In this document: one piece after another, positions 1-12,756 of the stretch | Position numbering within the stretch: the stretch's first letter is position 1 | How the letters are laid out: every line of letters begins with the position of its first letter | DNA from: Vitrella brassicaformis CCMP3155 | Lineage: Eukaryota > Protista > Chromerida | Length of the DNA: 64,000 bases | Direction of reading: 5' to 3' | Assembly (NCBI GenBank): GCA_001179505.1 | Contig: CDMY01000624.1 | Span: 62,001 to 126,000 of the forward strand | Notes under the pieces: model-generated | Told to the model about the DNA's origin: nothing | The model's input: only the letters and a program-made list of their open reading frames with translations | The model's database searches: none | Translations under genes and position numbers: made by a program

Positions 1-789
1 TTGAGCCGCGGGATGAACTCCAGATTGTCCGGCTGGATGAACAGCTGGCCCACAAGCATGTGCGCCTTGCTCCGGACGTCCTCCCGACACAGAAACTCCG
101 TCAGGTCCTTCTCGATGCACCGCACACTCTTGTCGATCGACACGTCGTTCTGGTCCTCCAGACCACACACAGTCTCCTCCAGGCGGTGCACCAGCTCGGG
201 GAATTCGGGAGAGGGGAGGTTGGGGAAGCGAAGCTCGATGCGCCGGAGGGAGACGATGAAGTAGGAGGAGCTCATGAGCAGCTCTCGCGTGGCGTCTTGG
301 TGTTCGATCTGGAAGAGGAGCAGGAGCTGCGCGCCTCGCCGGCTCCACCCCTTGATGCGGATCTGGTAGTGGGGCGTGGTGTCCTTGATGCTGTCGCGGT
401 CGTGCCGGCTGGCCTCCTTCTTGGCGAGCTCCTCACCTGCCGCACGAAGGTCAATGCGGCTGTCGTGGGTGAGGGTCCTGTGCAGCACCATCGATACACC
501 ACACACACAACAGACAGACAGACAGGCAGACAGATAGGCAACAGGTGAGGTGCCGATGCATAACTTGCTTGTCCATCTCTCGGAGCCCGTGTGTGTGTGT
601 GTGTGACCTGAGGAGTTTGATGGCTTCCTCGTCCTTGGCTTCATCGTCGCTTGGCAGAGATGCCGGCGAGTCCTCCTTGACGGCACGGCCGGGCGACCGC
701 AGCTGCCCCTCGGCCACGGCAGCAGGCTTGCTGCCCCTCGCTGATCTGGGCCGCTTCGACGAGTCGGATGATGCGCGAGACCGAAACAT
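1..789 (-). CDS. Hypothetical protein, 3'-truncated by the window edge (at least 2 exons)
   Basis: Exon 789-608 (MFRSRASSDSSKRPRS...EEAIKLL) splices in phase (AG|gt...cacag|G) to exon 477-<1 (TLTHDSRIDLRAAGEELAKKEASRHDRDS...IEKDLTEFLCREDVRSKAHMLVGQLFIQPDNLEFIPRL). The frame is open with GC3-rich codons. Start codon uncertain; no family recognised. Confidence 0.65.
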
Positions 790-1037
790 CAGGGACGCCG
801 CGAGCAACAGAAAGAGAAGCAGCACCGACTACTTAGCAGCACCGAATACTAGCATAAGCCATCAGCACGTGGTTTTTTCCTCATCATCGCTTCTTTTGCG
901 AGCTCAGACGGGAGCGATCCGAAGCTCCAGCTCCCCCTTGACTCGTTTTGGACGGTGTAGCGTTCCTCAGGCAACCTCTTGCAGCACATTGATGTGTAAT
1001 TGCGTGTTGACGACGTTTGTTTGAGCGTCCCGCGGCG

Positions 1038-1815
1038 ATGGGTTATGTGGAGCGGCTGGCGGCGGCCGCCCAGCCCCTCCCGGGAGAGGAGAAGAGGACA
1101 CTCGAACAAGCAGGTACATCCCACACACATTTGCTCACCACCTGCACGATTTCTTGTCATTTCATTGTCCTGCTCATGCTGCTGCTCTCTGTTGTCTGTT
1201 TGGGCGCCCAGAATCAGAGTGTCGGAAGATCTTTGAAGAGCTGCAGCTCAAGCAGCAGCAGCAGAAGCAGCAGCGGCAAGGCAGCACAGGCACAGACCCC
1301 CATGGCAGCGACGCCCACTCGGCCTTCGACAGGCTGGCGCGCACCCAGGGCCTGCACCCTGCCGCCAAGGGCAGCCCCCTGGCGCAGCTGCTGCTGGAGG
1401 GGTCTCGCGAGGCGTTCCTGGAGACGCTGCGTGTGAGCCTGCCGACTCAGGCTGACCTGAAGGCGATAGCTGACGTGATGGTGCAGTACTGCGACCCACG
1501 GGGAGAGATGGGCAGGGTCAACCATGAGGGCTTCGAGAAGGTCGGTAGGTCGGTAGGCCGGGTCGGTGGGGGAGGGAGGGAAACGATGGCTGGATGGCTG
1601 TGCGTGCGTCGGTGGACGGACGGATGCTATCCATGGATGTCTTTTGTCTTTAGGTGAGGACGCTGCTGCCCGAGGCGTTCCATCACTTCTTCACCCCCAA
1701 GGTCTTCGCCAAACTCAAACGAGACGAGTGAGTCAGTCAGTGGGGGGGCGACGCATTGCACTGCATGCCGGTGTCGGGTCGGCTTTGCGCCCATCAATCC
1801 ACACACTCACTTCTA

Positions 1816-1849
<34 letters not shown>

Positions 1850-4739
1850 CAGGTACGGGTGCATCTCAGTGGAGGAGCTCACATACCACATCTATCAGAC
1901 CAGTAAGTAGCAACTACCCAACTCAGCGAGCAGGGCAGCTGCAGCAAGCATTGCTCGTGTCATGTGTGCCTTTGTGTGTGTGTATGTGCAGCGAGCATCT
2001 TGCGGAGTCGCATCCGCCTGGAGCCCTACGACGGCGACGGAGACGGATACCTCACACACAACGTAGGGTCACTTTGGATGGACGGCTGGATGTGTGTGTG
2101 TGTGTGTGTGTGTGGTGCTTGACACACACACCCCTCTGTCTGTCTGTCTGTCTGTCTGTCGGTCTGTCTGAATGTGTGTATGTGTGCCTCTCTCGACCCT
2201 CAGGAGTTTGCGGCGTTTATCAAGGGCTGGATGGACGAGTCGAAGAGCAAAAGCATTCGGACCATACGGGTGAGCGTGAGTGAGGGAGGGAGGGAGGGGA
2301 CACACACAGAGAGAGGGAGAGAGAGAGATGAGAAGCGCGCGCGGAGGGGATCGCCAGCAGCAGCACAGGACGTGTGTGTGTGTGTGTGTGGTCGTCGGTC
2401 GATAATCTCCGTCAGGCCAACCCCACGGACCGCCACCTGTTTGTCGAGTATGTGGTAAGCGACTTACCAACACACCGCACACACACAGAGAGAGAGAGAC
2501 CTTGTGATGCGATCCCCCCCCACCCCCTGCAATGATCGTGATTGTGATCTCCGTCTGTCTGTGTTGCAGGTGACGGTCTTCTTCTTCGACCTGGACCCCA
2601 GGCGCAGGCGTAAGCCACCCACCCCAGCCGCCCCACCCCACCCACCCCACCCCACCCACTTGGCTCCATCCCATCGACAGCACTCACAGACAGACAGACC
2701 CACACACACACAGGGGCTGTCTGGGCTGTCTGTCCATCTATCCATCCATCCCTCCATGGTGTGTGCAGGCCGCATCTCGATAGCCGACATAGTGCACCAC
2801 GACACCTGGATGGAGCTACAGCAAACCATGGGAGGGGTACGGTACTCCACACGTCGATCCGATCCACACGACAGAGAGGGCGTGTGTGTGTGTGTGTGGT
2901 GTGAGTCTGCAGGACGACCGTGCTGGTTGTGAGTCGCTGGGTGTGCGGCAGTGGCAGACCACCATGGAGGCGTTCGCAGCCGTCAGGAGCCCCACACACG
3001 ACGGACACCTCAACCTCGACAAATTCATGTCTGCCACACGACACTCATTCAGCCACGGGGGAAGGGAAGCCCACACAGACAGGGAGGGAGAGAACGGTGC
3101 TGTGCTCATCTCATGGCTGTGTGTGTGTCAGGGATTTCCTGCATGACGCCAGCCCCCGGTTTGCGCGCAGGGCGTTTGAGGTCTACGCCAATGAGGGGGA
3201 GATATCGGTCGGTGGGACCGCACCACAGACAGTCCGGCAGGCCGTCCGGCCACTGTGTTGTGTTGTGTTGTGTTGTGTGTGTGGGTAGGTGTACCAAACA
3301 GTGGTGTGTTTGCTGCTGGTCTATGCCAGAGACTACACCAACAGGTCCATGGTGGTAGGTCTGCTATGCTGCCACTCACCCCACGCCACCCCAGCCACAG
3401 CCATTGCACTGCACATATCATCTCTCTCTCTCTCCCTCCCTCCCTCCCCCTGTGTGTGTGTGCAGATGCAGGAGTCGACTGTCTGTTGGATCTTTCGCGC
3501 TATGGACATCTACGGCACCGGGCGGATCACATCCAGCGTCGTCGAGTACTTCTACCTGGTGGGGTGGGCTGGGCACTCTCTCCCTCTCCCCNNNNNNNNN
3601 NNNNNNNNNNNNNNNNNNNNNNNNNNNNNNNNNNNNNNNNNNNNNNNNNNNNNNNNNNNNNNNNNNNNNNNNNNNNNNNNNNNNNNNNNNNNNNNNNNNN
3701 NNNNNNNNNNNNNNNNNNNNNNNNNNNNNNNNNNNNNNNNNNNNNNNNNNNNNNNNNNNNNNNNNNNNNNNNNNNNNNNNNNNNNNNNNNNNNNNNNNNN
3801 NNNNNNNNNNNNNNNNNNNNNNNNNNNNNNNNNNNNNNNNNNNNNNNNNNNNNNNNNNNNNNNNNNNNNNNNNNNNNNNNNNNNNNNNNNNCCCCCGGCA
3901 CGCAGGAAGAATTGCCTTCACGCCGTGTGTGTGTGTGTGTGTGTGTGCAGCCGACGCTTCGGGCCTACTACGGCAGGACCGGGCTCAGCCACAGCGAATA
4001 CAGAGCCCTCCTGGTACGGCACCTTCACCTACCTACCCACACCACACAACCAACCACCCGACACACGGACTGGTCTGACACACCTGGCGTGTGTGTGTGT
4101 GGGTGAAGGATGAGTTGATGGACATGGTCAAGGGCCGCCGCAGCAGCGCCCCCCCGCCCTCGGCACTCCTGCAGCACGAGGAGGACATGTCTTTCACCAT
4201 GCAGGACATCAAACGGTCCAAGGTAAGTCAGTCTTCCCATCCACCGACCCCACCATCCATCCATCCCTCCATCCATCCATCCATGTGTGTGTGTGTCAGT
4301 TGGGGTACGCTGCGCTCAAGAACGTGATAGACATGGTGGCCTACGACCGGCACAACCTGCGTGAGCAGCGTCTGTCGACCGAGGCGAGCAGGCCCAGGGA
4401 GACCCACGACCACGTAGACGATGAGCACCACCACAACCACAACCCCCACCAGCAGCAGCCACAGCAGCACTCCCCGCCCCCGCCTCACAACGGCGATGGA
4501 GCTGACCAGGTAGGTACAGCCACCGACGAGAAACAGGGAGAGATGCACAGAATGTGTGTGTGTGTGTGTGTGTGCAGCCCCAAGAGGCAGATCTGAGAGG
4601 TCTTGGCGTCCGTAGTGGGGGTTGTCTGCGGCACCCCGGAGATGCCGACGCGACCACTGAGTACCACGAGAGTGTGCGGGAGGGGGACGACAACTCCTCC
4701 AGTGTGTCTGTGTCGTCCCTCGCTGCCGAAATGCACTGA
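1038..4739 (+). CDS. PPP2R3C: Protein phosphatase 2A regulatory subunit B'' gamma-like (PPP2R3C/TON2-FASS family, EF-hand)
   Basis: Spliced translation contains FTPKVFAKLKRDEYGCISV, RIRLEPYDGDGDGYL, FFFDLDPRRR-RISIADI, WIFRAMDIYGTGRITSSVVEYFY and DELMDMVK...FTMQDIKRSKLG...VIDMVAYDRHN. These are collinear with the PPP2R3C motifs I recall (KVYAKLL..DSYGRISI, RIGLSLYD..GQGYL, FFFFLDPLRTGKIKIQDI, DEIFDMVKP). Exon phases are consistent across the gap at 3592-3891. Confidence 0.85.
3592..3891. other. Assembly gap (300 N), intronic in the PP2A B'' gene
   Basis: Exactly 300 N flanked by C-rich runs; flanking exons join in phase. Confidence 0.95.
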
Positions 4740-5630
4740 TATAGTTAGCTCGACGTGCTGCTTCTGGTGGTGGTGGTGCTGGTGGTGGTGGTGGTGGGTG
4801 GAAATACGATTGGTGTAGTCAACTGAGGCGCTCTTCATTGATCAGTATTATAGCGACAAACTGGATGGATGGATGGATGAATGTCTTGTCTGCGTCTTTC
4901 AATCAACGGAGGAGGAAGTCTTTGTCTGTCTGTGTCGCACCCAAATGCACTCGCACTCACTCATAAACGGGCAGCCAGCCAGCCAGCTAGCCAGGCCGGC
5001 CGGCCGGCGGACGGCATTTATTCGAGAAAGGCACGTAAAGCAAGCAGACAGAACCACCCCCACCCTCTCTCATCTCCAGGGCCCACCAAATGCACCCACC
5101 CGTCACCCCTCCCCAGGAACCATCAAATGCATCGAGGCATCGATATAAGAGAGATAGATAGCAAACACAACAAACACGGTGTGGATGTGGGCGTGGGTGT
5201 AATGGGGTGTGGGCGTGTTGGGGTGGGTGGTGGGGTGGGTGGTGGGGTGGTCACATACAGAAACTTACTCGCCAGCCGATCCATACGCAGACAGACAGAC
5301 AGGCAGGCAGAGAGACAGAGAGACGCGCGTGGCATGCCATGCATGGACTATCGACAGGGTTTTGACACGTCAATTACACCTACACCTCGACCAAGGTGGG
5401 AGGGAGGCCGTCAGGACCGGGCCAGCCAGCCAGCCAGCCATGTGCTGTGCTGCATCAATCAGTCAATCCATCAACCGGCCCGGCCACCATCCACACACAT
5501 GTATTACATTTCGACAAAGAAACGACAGCAGGGGCGTGCACACGCACCCCTTCAGCCCCCCCCCCCCCCACACACACACACACACTCATGGCACAGCATG
5601 GCACGGCACGGCATGTTGTGTGGTGTGTGT

Positions 5631-8600
5631 TCAGAGGTAGGTGCCGCATGGCATCCGGACACCGATGGTCTGCGCCTGCATTGCCACGACTTCGTGGCCG
5701 TCGACGATGCTCAGCCTTAGCAGCCCGCGGGCCTCCTCATTCACACCACCTGCTGCTATAGTCAGCACCAGGCAACCTGACACACACAGACAGACAGACA
5801 CAGACACAGACACAGACAGGTAGGTGTGTGTGTGTGGAGNNNNNNNNNNNNNNNNNNNNNNNNNNNNNNNNNNNNNNNNNNNNNNNNNNNNNNNNNNNNN
5901 NNNNNNNNNNNNNNNNNNNNNNNNNNNNNNNNNNNNNNNNNNNNNNNNNNNNNNNNNNNNNNNNNNNNNNNNNNNNNNNNNNNNNNNNNNNNNNNNNNNN
6001 NNNNNNNNNNNNNNNNNNNNNNNNNNNNNNNNNNNNNNNNNNNNNNNNNNNNNNNNNNNNNNNNNNNNNNNNNNNNNNNNNNNNNNNNNNNNNNNNNNNN
6101 NNNNNNNNNNNNNNNNNNNNNNNNNNNNNNNNNNNNNNNGGGGGGGGGGGAAGGGAGGTGAGAGCGCACCGTCAGTCGTTTCCTTCGGTGTGCCTTCGAT
6201 GGTGCCTGTGTCTGTGTCGAGAGTCAGGCCCTCCGGCAGCGCACTGGGACACAATCACCACCCACCCAGACAGACAGACAGACAGACATGTGTGCCTTGG
6301 GTTGGGTCAGCTCGTGTCAGTTAAGCTCACCTTATGGAGGTGTAGTTCCTGACAATGCCCTGCACCCGAGCCTCGAAGCGGTAAGACGACCCCACTGACA
6401 CACACACAAGGGCATGGATGGAGGGGTGGGTGGTGGCTGGGTGGCTTTATGGATACCTTTGATAGTGACGTCGTCGGGAGTGTAGTGGAAGTAAGAAGGG
6501 ATGATGCGCCTGTTGCCCGACCGGTCCTCGTGGGAACACCGCTTGCCGATGTATCCAGGCGGGCACACACACCGCCGGTCCCGCCACACGCCGCCGTTCT
6601 CACACGGCGAGCCGAAACACACCTGCGCCACGTGGGGGCACCGCAGCTGCCCGTTCATGCCCTCGACTGTCTTCCACTTGCCGCCGTCACTCACACCACA
6701 CCGAACCTGCAATCACACAGACAGACAAACAGACCTGCATAGATATGTGCTGTTTGGGTGTGAGTGGACGGACCTGTTGTCCGCCCTGCAGGTGCACAAT
6801 GACGGCGTCGTAGTCTGCGTGTGGGTCGTCGCCCTCTGCCGTGACGCACTCGCGGCGGTAGCACCTGCCTGAGGGAGGGCGTGAGTCGTCGAAGACGTAC
6901 CCGTCCTCCAGCAGAGACGACGCCATGCACCGGGAGTCCTCGCCGTAGACCTCGCCGAAGTAATTGTACTCGGCCACGTCGTTGGACGGACTGGGTGAGT
7001 GTGCACACACACGTGTGTGTCTGTATCGTCGTGTGTTGAGAGGGTGTGACGTACTCTGTGCAGAGTGAGGTGGCATTGAGGGGTCTGCCGTTGGGCGCCA
7101 GGCGCTCAAAGGGCATCCATATGGGGCAAAAATTAGTCATCTGGGAGGGACTGCACACACACCACACACAAGTGGCAGCAAAGAAAGAATCGTCCAGAGA
7201 GCAATGGGTGGGTGTCGTTCGTTTGTGGTGGTGCGGTGGGTGCCTGCCGACTCACTGACCCTCCTCGTGTGTCGTCGTCTTCAAAGTGCCGCGCCCACAG
7301 TGGCAGGGGCGACTCGTACTGAGCCAACGGACACAGCGCAACCGCACGGAGGTCCTGCAAGGAACGATCCGATCGACACACATGAACATGCACACATGGA
7401 GGGGAGGCCATCCTCCCAGCCCCTCACACACCTGTGTGCAGTGGAGCTTTTGTTCCTGCCCCCCCTCCCCCACGCAGAAGTGGTTGGGGTCGATGGGCGT
7501 GGGCGGCCCCCCGCCCTCAGCCTGATTGAGGCAAGTCTCAGCCACGAAGGAGCACCCGTCGCGAGTGAACGACCGGTGACCCCTACACGACAGGACAGAG
7601 GGGCAACACACACACACACACACAAGTGCATTATCCATATGGGAACGAACAGGTCCTAGGGGCCGGTGGGGTGGGGCGCACCATGTTAAGTCTCCCGCCC
7701 ACGAGTAGTCCGGCAAGTACCACCCACTGTCCTGAACACAAGCCAGCCAGACAAAAAGGGTCGGAGGGAGAGACATATAGATTGCTTGGCGGACGGACGT
7801 TGATAGCTCACTTCACTTACTTCGAAAAACGCCAGAGTCATGCTCGAGAAGGCCGCATGCTCCTGCCCGTCCCTGCTACCCGTCATCCCCTCACTCTGCA
7901 GCAAGCGGCTCTCCCAGTGCCCGAACCGAGTCCCGAAGTCACCCTGGTCCTCGAGAGCCAGACCAGTCATCGACTCGCATCCGAAGTGCTTCTGCGCCTC
8001 GGTGACGACTCGCGGTGTGGTGACCCGCTTGACCACACGGCCAGTGGCGTTGGAGGTGTCGACGAGGGCGGCGCTGGGGAGCCACCCGCCCTGGGGGCCC
8101 GCTGAGGCGTCAAAGGGAGGCCTGACGTGACACACAGACACGGGCAGAATAGGCCCTCCCTCCATCCCTCGCTCCAATCTTGTGTGTGTGATGTGTGTGT
8201 TCGTACCGTCCTTGCTCGTCTCTGTGTGTAAGGGGCTGCCCGTCGACATCTCTGAACCAGGCTATGTCACTCTCAGAGAAGCCCAGGGCGTGCAGCGTCT
8301 CGTGCACCACAAAGCTGACGTCCATCCGCCAGTCGGCACCGAGGTGCGCCATCCCGCCCTCACCCACAGACCGCCCACCGCCCTGCAGCACCCGCCGCTC
8401 TGGCCGCAGCAACCGCGTGGGCGGCATCTGGTCGGACGCCAGGCTGATGGTCGGGCCAGACGCCGCCGTGTCGTTGGTGGCGTTGGTGTTGACGGCCAGG
8501 AGCTCCCTGGGGCAGAGGTTGAGCTGCCCGGCTATCGGCCGGTCGTGCTGGTCCCTCCGGCAGTGGCCCGCATAGCCGACGGTCGACCCCACCGACTCGC

Positions 8601-9658
8601 TCTGACACGCCTCGTCGAAGTTGGCCGTGACGTAGAGGATGTAGTCGGCGTCGGGGACGCCCCCGCCCTCGTAGCGCCGTGTGCAGCTGTAGACGCTGTC
8701 GGGGCACATGCTGATGGGCGAGAGGTGCTCCTCGGGGATGGGCACGTCGCCGCACATGGTGCCGTTGGGACTGAGGGCGACGCACTTGATGTCGGAGGGG
8801 TTCGACGGGGGCGAGTCGCCTTGCACCATCCACAGCCGGCCACACTGAAGACAGGACAGGCCGACAAAGGGAGAGGGGAGGGACGGATGGGATGAGCACT
8901 TCTGAGGCAGGCAGGCTGGCATGCTTTGTGTAATGCACAACACACACCTGTGGCTGTAGAGAGAGCGGCCCTTCAGCCCGCTTGACGCGGAGAGCGAGTT
9001 GCACCCAGTTCAGTGCTGCGGGGATGACTGAACGAACCATTTACACACGCACACCGACAAGTAAGAAGTGTACATCCGATTACGCATGGCATGGCGTGTG
9101 TCGGTCGTGTCATGAGCAATGATTGCAATGACTGACTGACACTAATGTTTTACCATCTAGTTTGAGGTACTTGAGGATGGCCGGCTCGTCCCGCAGGAAC
9201 TCCTCGACGGGGTCGGTCACGACGTGAATTCGGAGAGGCTCGTACACAGCAGACCTACACACACACACACACCAACACACTCAGTGTCGGTCCATCGTTG
9301 GCCTCTCTGCTGCCCACGATTGTGCTGATCTCTGCAGGCGTCGCCGCTCTTCGCCGTACTCCACCCTGCTGGCCGTGTAGACTCCCCCCTGGCCATTGTA
9401 GCTCTCGTGGAACCTGCCTTCAACCTTCCCGTGGCGACACTGATGGCTCCGCACGCCATGAGGTGCGAGTGCACACGACAGCAGCAGGACGGCCGCACTC
9501 CTTTGCCACAGACGCCATCTCCTTAGCTGCTGCGTGCGCCGCGCGGGGGAATGCCCTGGCCTCGCACGTCCACCCCTCTCAGCCGCACGAGCATTGCGTG
9601 TACGGGGAGACTGGTCGCTCTCTGCAGTCGTTTGCGGAGCCTGCGCGTGCCACCACAT
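5631..9658 (-). CDS. Leishmanolysin-like zinc metallopeptidase (family M8) with C-terminal EGF-like and He_PIG-like Ig domains
   Basis: Zinc motif VVHETLHALGF; DADYILYV, GYAGHC.RDQHDRPIAGQLNLCP, LEDQG...GHWESR..QSEGM...FSSMTLAFFE-DSGWY; propeptide HQCRH after a hydrophobic stretch; EGF CENGGVWRDRRCVCPPGYIGKRC; Ig-like ALPEGLTLDTDTGTIEGTP. Start codon uncertain (first in-frame ATG is 9658). Confidence 0.9.
5840..6139. other. Assembly gap (300 N), intronic in the leishmanolysin gene
   Basis: Exactly 300 N followed by a G run; flanking exons join in phase. Confidence 0.95.
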
Positions 9659-9842
9659 GCCAGTTGCCGTCCTCTTTTCCCTTCCGTCTGCGCAAAATGA
9701 TGCGAGCTGCGCTTCCCATCTGCGAGCTTAGCGTCGAAAGATTCGTGAAGCCGCGCGTTCAGTCTATCTTGGTTGCACACTGCCTGATGTCAGCTACGTC
9801 AGCGTGAAGCAAGATCTGTGTCAGTGAAGCAAAGATAAAGGG

Positions 9843-11366
9843 ATGGCTGCCATCGAGGCGTTCGCCTTCGACACGCATTACTTCTTCCTCACCTTCCTGG
9901 TGACGTGTGCCGTCCAGTACACGTGCTTCGCAATCGCATACGGGCTGCAATTGTAAGGGGTTACAGGGAAGAAAAAAGAGAGAAGGGCCATCAGTCATCG
10001 TATAGCTGTCTGTGCCATGGGTCTGATGTGTGTGCGTGTGTCGGAGCAGCGACAAGATCACGGATCTGTCGGGGGCGTCCAATTTCGTCATCAATATCAT
10101 CATCCCTCTCATCCTTGCCAACACATACTTCGAGCGCCAGGTGCTGGTGACGGTGTTCATAGTCGTGACGCGGCTATACCTGGCGGGTTTCCTCTTCTAC
10201 AGGGTCCTGCAACGCAAATCGGACACCAGGTGAGGTGCCGACAGACAGAGGGGCGGGAGGGCGAGCGGGCATCTGTGTGGGGATGGAGGGGCATAGATTC
10301 ACCCGGTTGTGTGTGCTGACGGTGGACGGTGCTCGTTCAGGTTTGACACCTTTCGGTCTAATTTCTTGTACTACTTCGGCTTCTGGACAGGGCAGATACT
10401 CTGGTGAGCATCACAGATGTCATGACGGACCTCCACAAACCTGGATGGATGGATGGATGGTTCCTTCTGTCTGCGTGCAGGTGTTGGGGCAGCACACTGA
10501 ATGGCATCTTTGTCGTGTCTGAGAAGGAGAACCCATCACTGGGCCCGACCGACTTCATCGGCATCGTCCTCTTCGCCCTTGGGTTCATCTGCCAGGTGGT
10601 GTCGGACGTGCAGAAGTACATCTTTCGCGCCAACCCTGCCAACAGGGGCATCCCATGCACAACCGGCCTGTGGGCCTACTCGAGACACCCGGTGAGCAGG
10701 GAAAGAAAACAGACAGACAGACAGATGGGGGGAATGGGATCCACCCTGTGTGTGTGTGCATCAGAACTACTTCGGCGAGATGGTGATCTGGTGGGCGATC
10801 TTTCTGATGTCAGCAAGGGCGATACACGAGTCAACGGTACACATACATCATGACACACACACCGCCGCGGCAAGCGGCCAACGAGGCCTTGCTCCCGCTC
10901 TCTCTCTCTCTCTGCACCGATCGATCCATCCATCCATCAGGATACCTGGGGGTGGGCGACGGTGGTGAGCCCGATATGGACCATGATCCTGCTGCTGTTC
11001 CTGAGCGGCATTCCCTACGCCGAAGGGGCCAACCTGAAGCGCTACTTTGAGAACCCCACCAGCAGGCCCATGATAGAGGCCTACCAGAGGGACGTCTCGC
11101 CCGTCATCCCAATGCCACAGGTTGTGTACAGGAATCTGCCCATGATCGTCAAACAGGTCAGTGATGTGGGTGGATGGATGGAGTGGCCGATGCAGTTGTC
11201 GCCTCCTCACCAATGAATGTGTGTGTGTGTGTGTGTGTGTGTGCAGGTGTTCTTGTTTGAGTTCCCAATGTACGAGTACCATTACGTTCCCCCCGACAGC
11301 ACCGCCGCCCAGGCTGCTGCAGCTAACGGGTCGGGCAAAACTGATCAACAGCCAGACCAAGCCTAG
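9843..11366 (+). CDS. DUF1295 / steroid 5-alpha-reductase-like polytopic membrane protein
   Basis: Spliced translation has [64 protein letters not shown] and LLLFLSGIP..E, which is the DUF1295 pattern, plus several hydrophobic helices. Confidence 0.9.
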
Positions 11367-12756
11367 CCCAGTCACACACACGTACGGACACGCAAAACAG
11401 GCCTGGCGCATCTGAGTGATATACCTGTGCCCTTGTGTGTGTGAGTGCAGGGGTGCCGGCAACCCAATAGAGCTCAGCAACACCTCGGCCGAGAGGGAAG
11501 CCCTCATACAGGCGTGAAGGTGGCCCTTGTGCAGCTGCCAGTGTGTGTGTGGGTGTGTGTGTGTGTGTGTTGCGGGGGAGGGGGGAGGGTGGATAAGTCA
11601 GTCAGGTCGGGTGTCTGTCTGTCCCTTTGTTTCTTTTTTTCCTTCTTGATATTGTCACTCAGCTAGCTCCCTCAGCTATTTGTTCGTCGGCTCTCGTGTG
11701 CTCGTTTGTTCAGGCAGGCCTGGCGTGTGTGTAGTGTAGTCAGTACCTTTCTAAAGAGACGTTGCTGTGTACATAGTCTCTGTGAGAGAGGCAGAAGGAC
11801 CGCCGTAACCTCGATAAGGCAAACTTGCAACGGCGAACACGGGTTGGGTTCATGCAGTGGTCTGTCGATCTGCCGCCAACATATGCATATATAGACCAGC
11901 ATCCGTCCCCACACACACAAAGCTGGCTGGCTGAGTCCCCCTCCTCCTTGAATCCTGTCTCTGAAAGCTCAACCAGTCATTCTACTCTGCCATCTATCTA
12001 CTATGTGCTGTCTGCTGGTCTCATGTGATCTTTCTTTAGCGATTCACGCAGCGCAGACACAAATATTATATTGCGTGAAGCGTCTGTCAGCGATGACACA
12101 CAGACACTCAGGGAGTCACGTGTCAATCATGACACAGCACACACGCACAGGGAATCAAGTGAGCTGCTCTTCCCGCCAAAACGATTCATCCAAAGTGAGC
12201 GCGGCTCAATGCGACTGGACGATTGACTTCGGAAGAGTCCTGTGGGCCCACCAGAAGGGCTCTCCCCTCTCCTTTGTCGACCTGCGAGCTGATCGATGCG
12301 AGCCTTGGAGAGGTCCTGCTGAGCGGACGAGTCCGCTTGTCCATCGCTCAGCCGCTTCCCGTGTGCCCACCTGACCCCTCAGCGGCCTTTCCAATCGCTG
12401 TTGAGTGGGCACGGCCCTGCTGCCCTACAGATCATCGCGCACGTAGCGGCTTGTCGTGCGACGGTGAATGGGAAGATGCGGCGATTGGCTCACTCATAAG
12501 CACACCGATGAGCAGTTTGCTGTCTGTGTTGTGGTCTTCAGGTCTGCCTTGTCGACGGGCGGACTGTTTGATTGAGTGAGCCTCTGTGTGCGGCTGGCCG
12601 TCGACTCATACCTTTGATAGGCAAGCACTGATGCACACAACACACACGCCAGGTGCCTGCAGGCCCATATCTATCTGTGTGTGGTCTGTGGTGCAGCTGT
12701 CTGTCTGTTTGAGAGAGTGAGTGATAGTGATGTCGTCTGGTCGTCCCGAAACCGAC

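Noticed and set aside
12180-12600. Complex sequence with ~120-aa ORFs upstream of the ankyrin gene
   Set aside because: No recognisable motif or consistent splice pattern; may be promoter or relic sequence.
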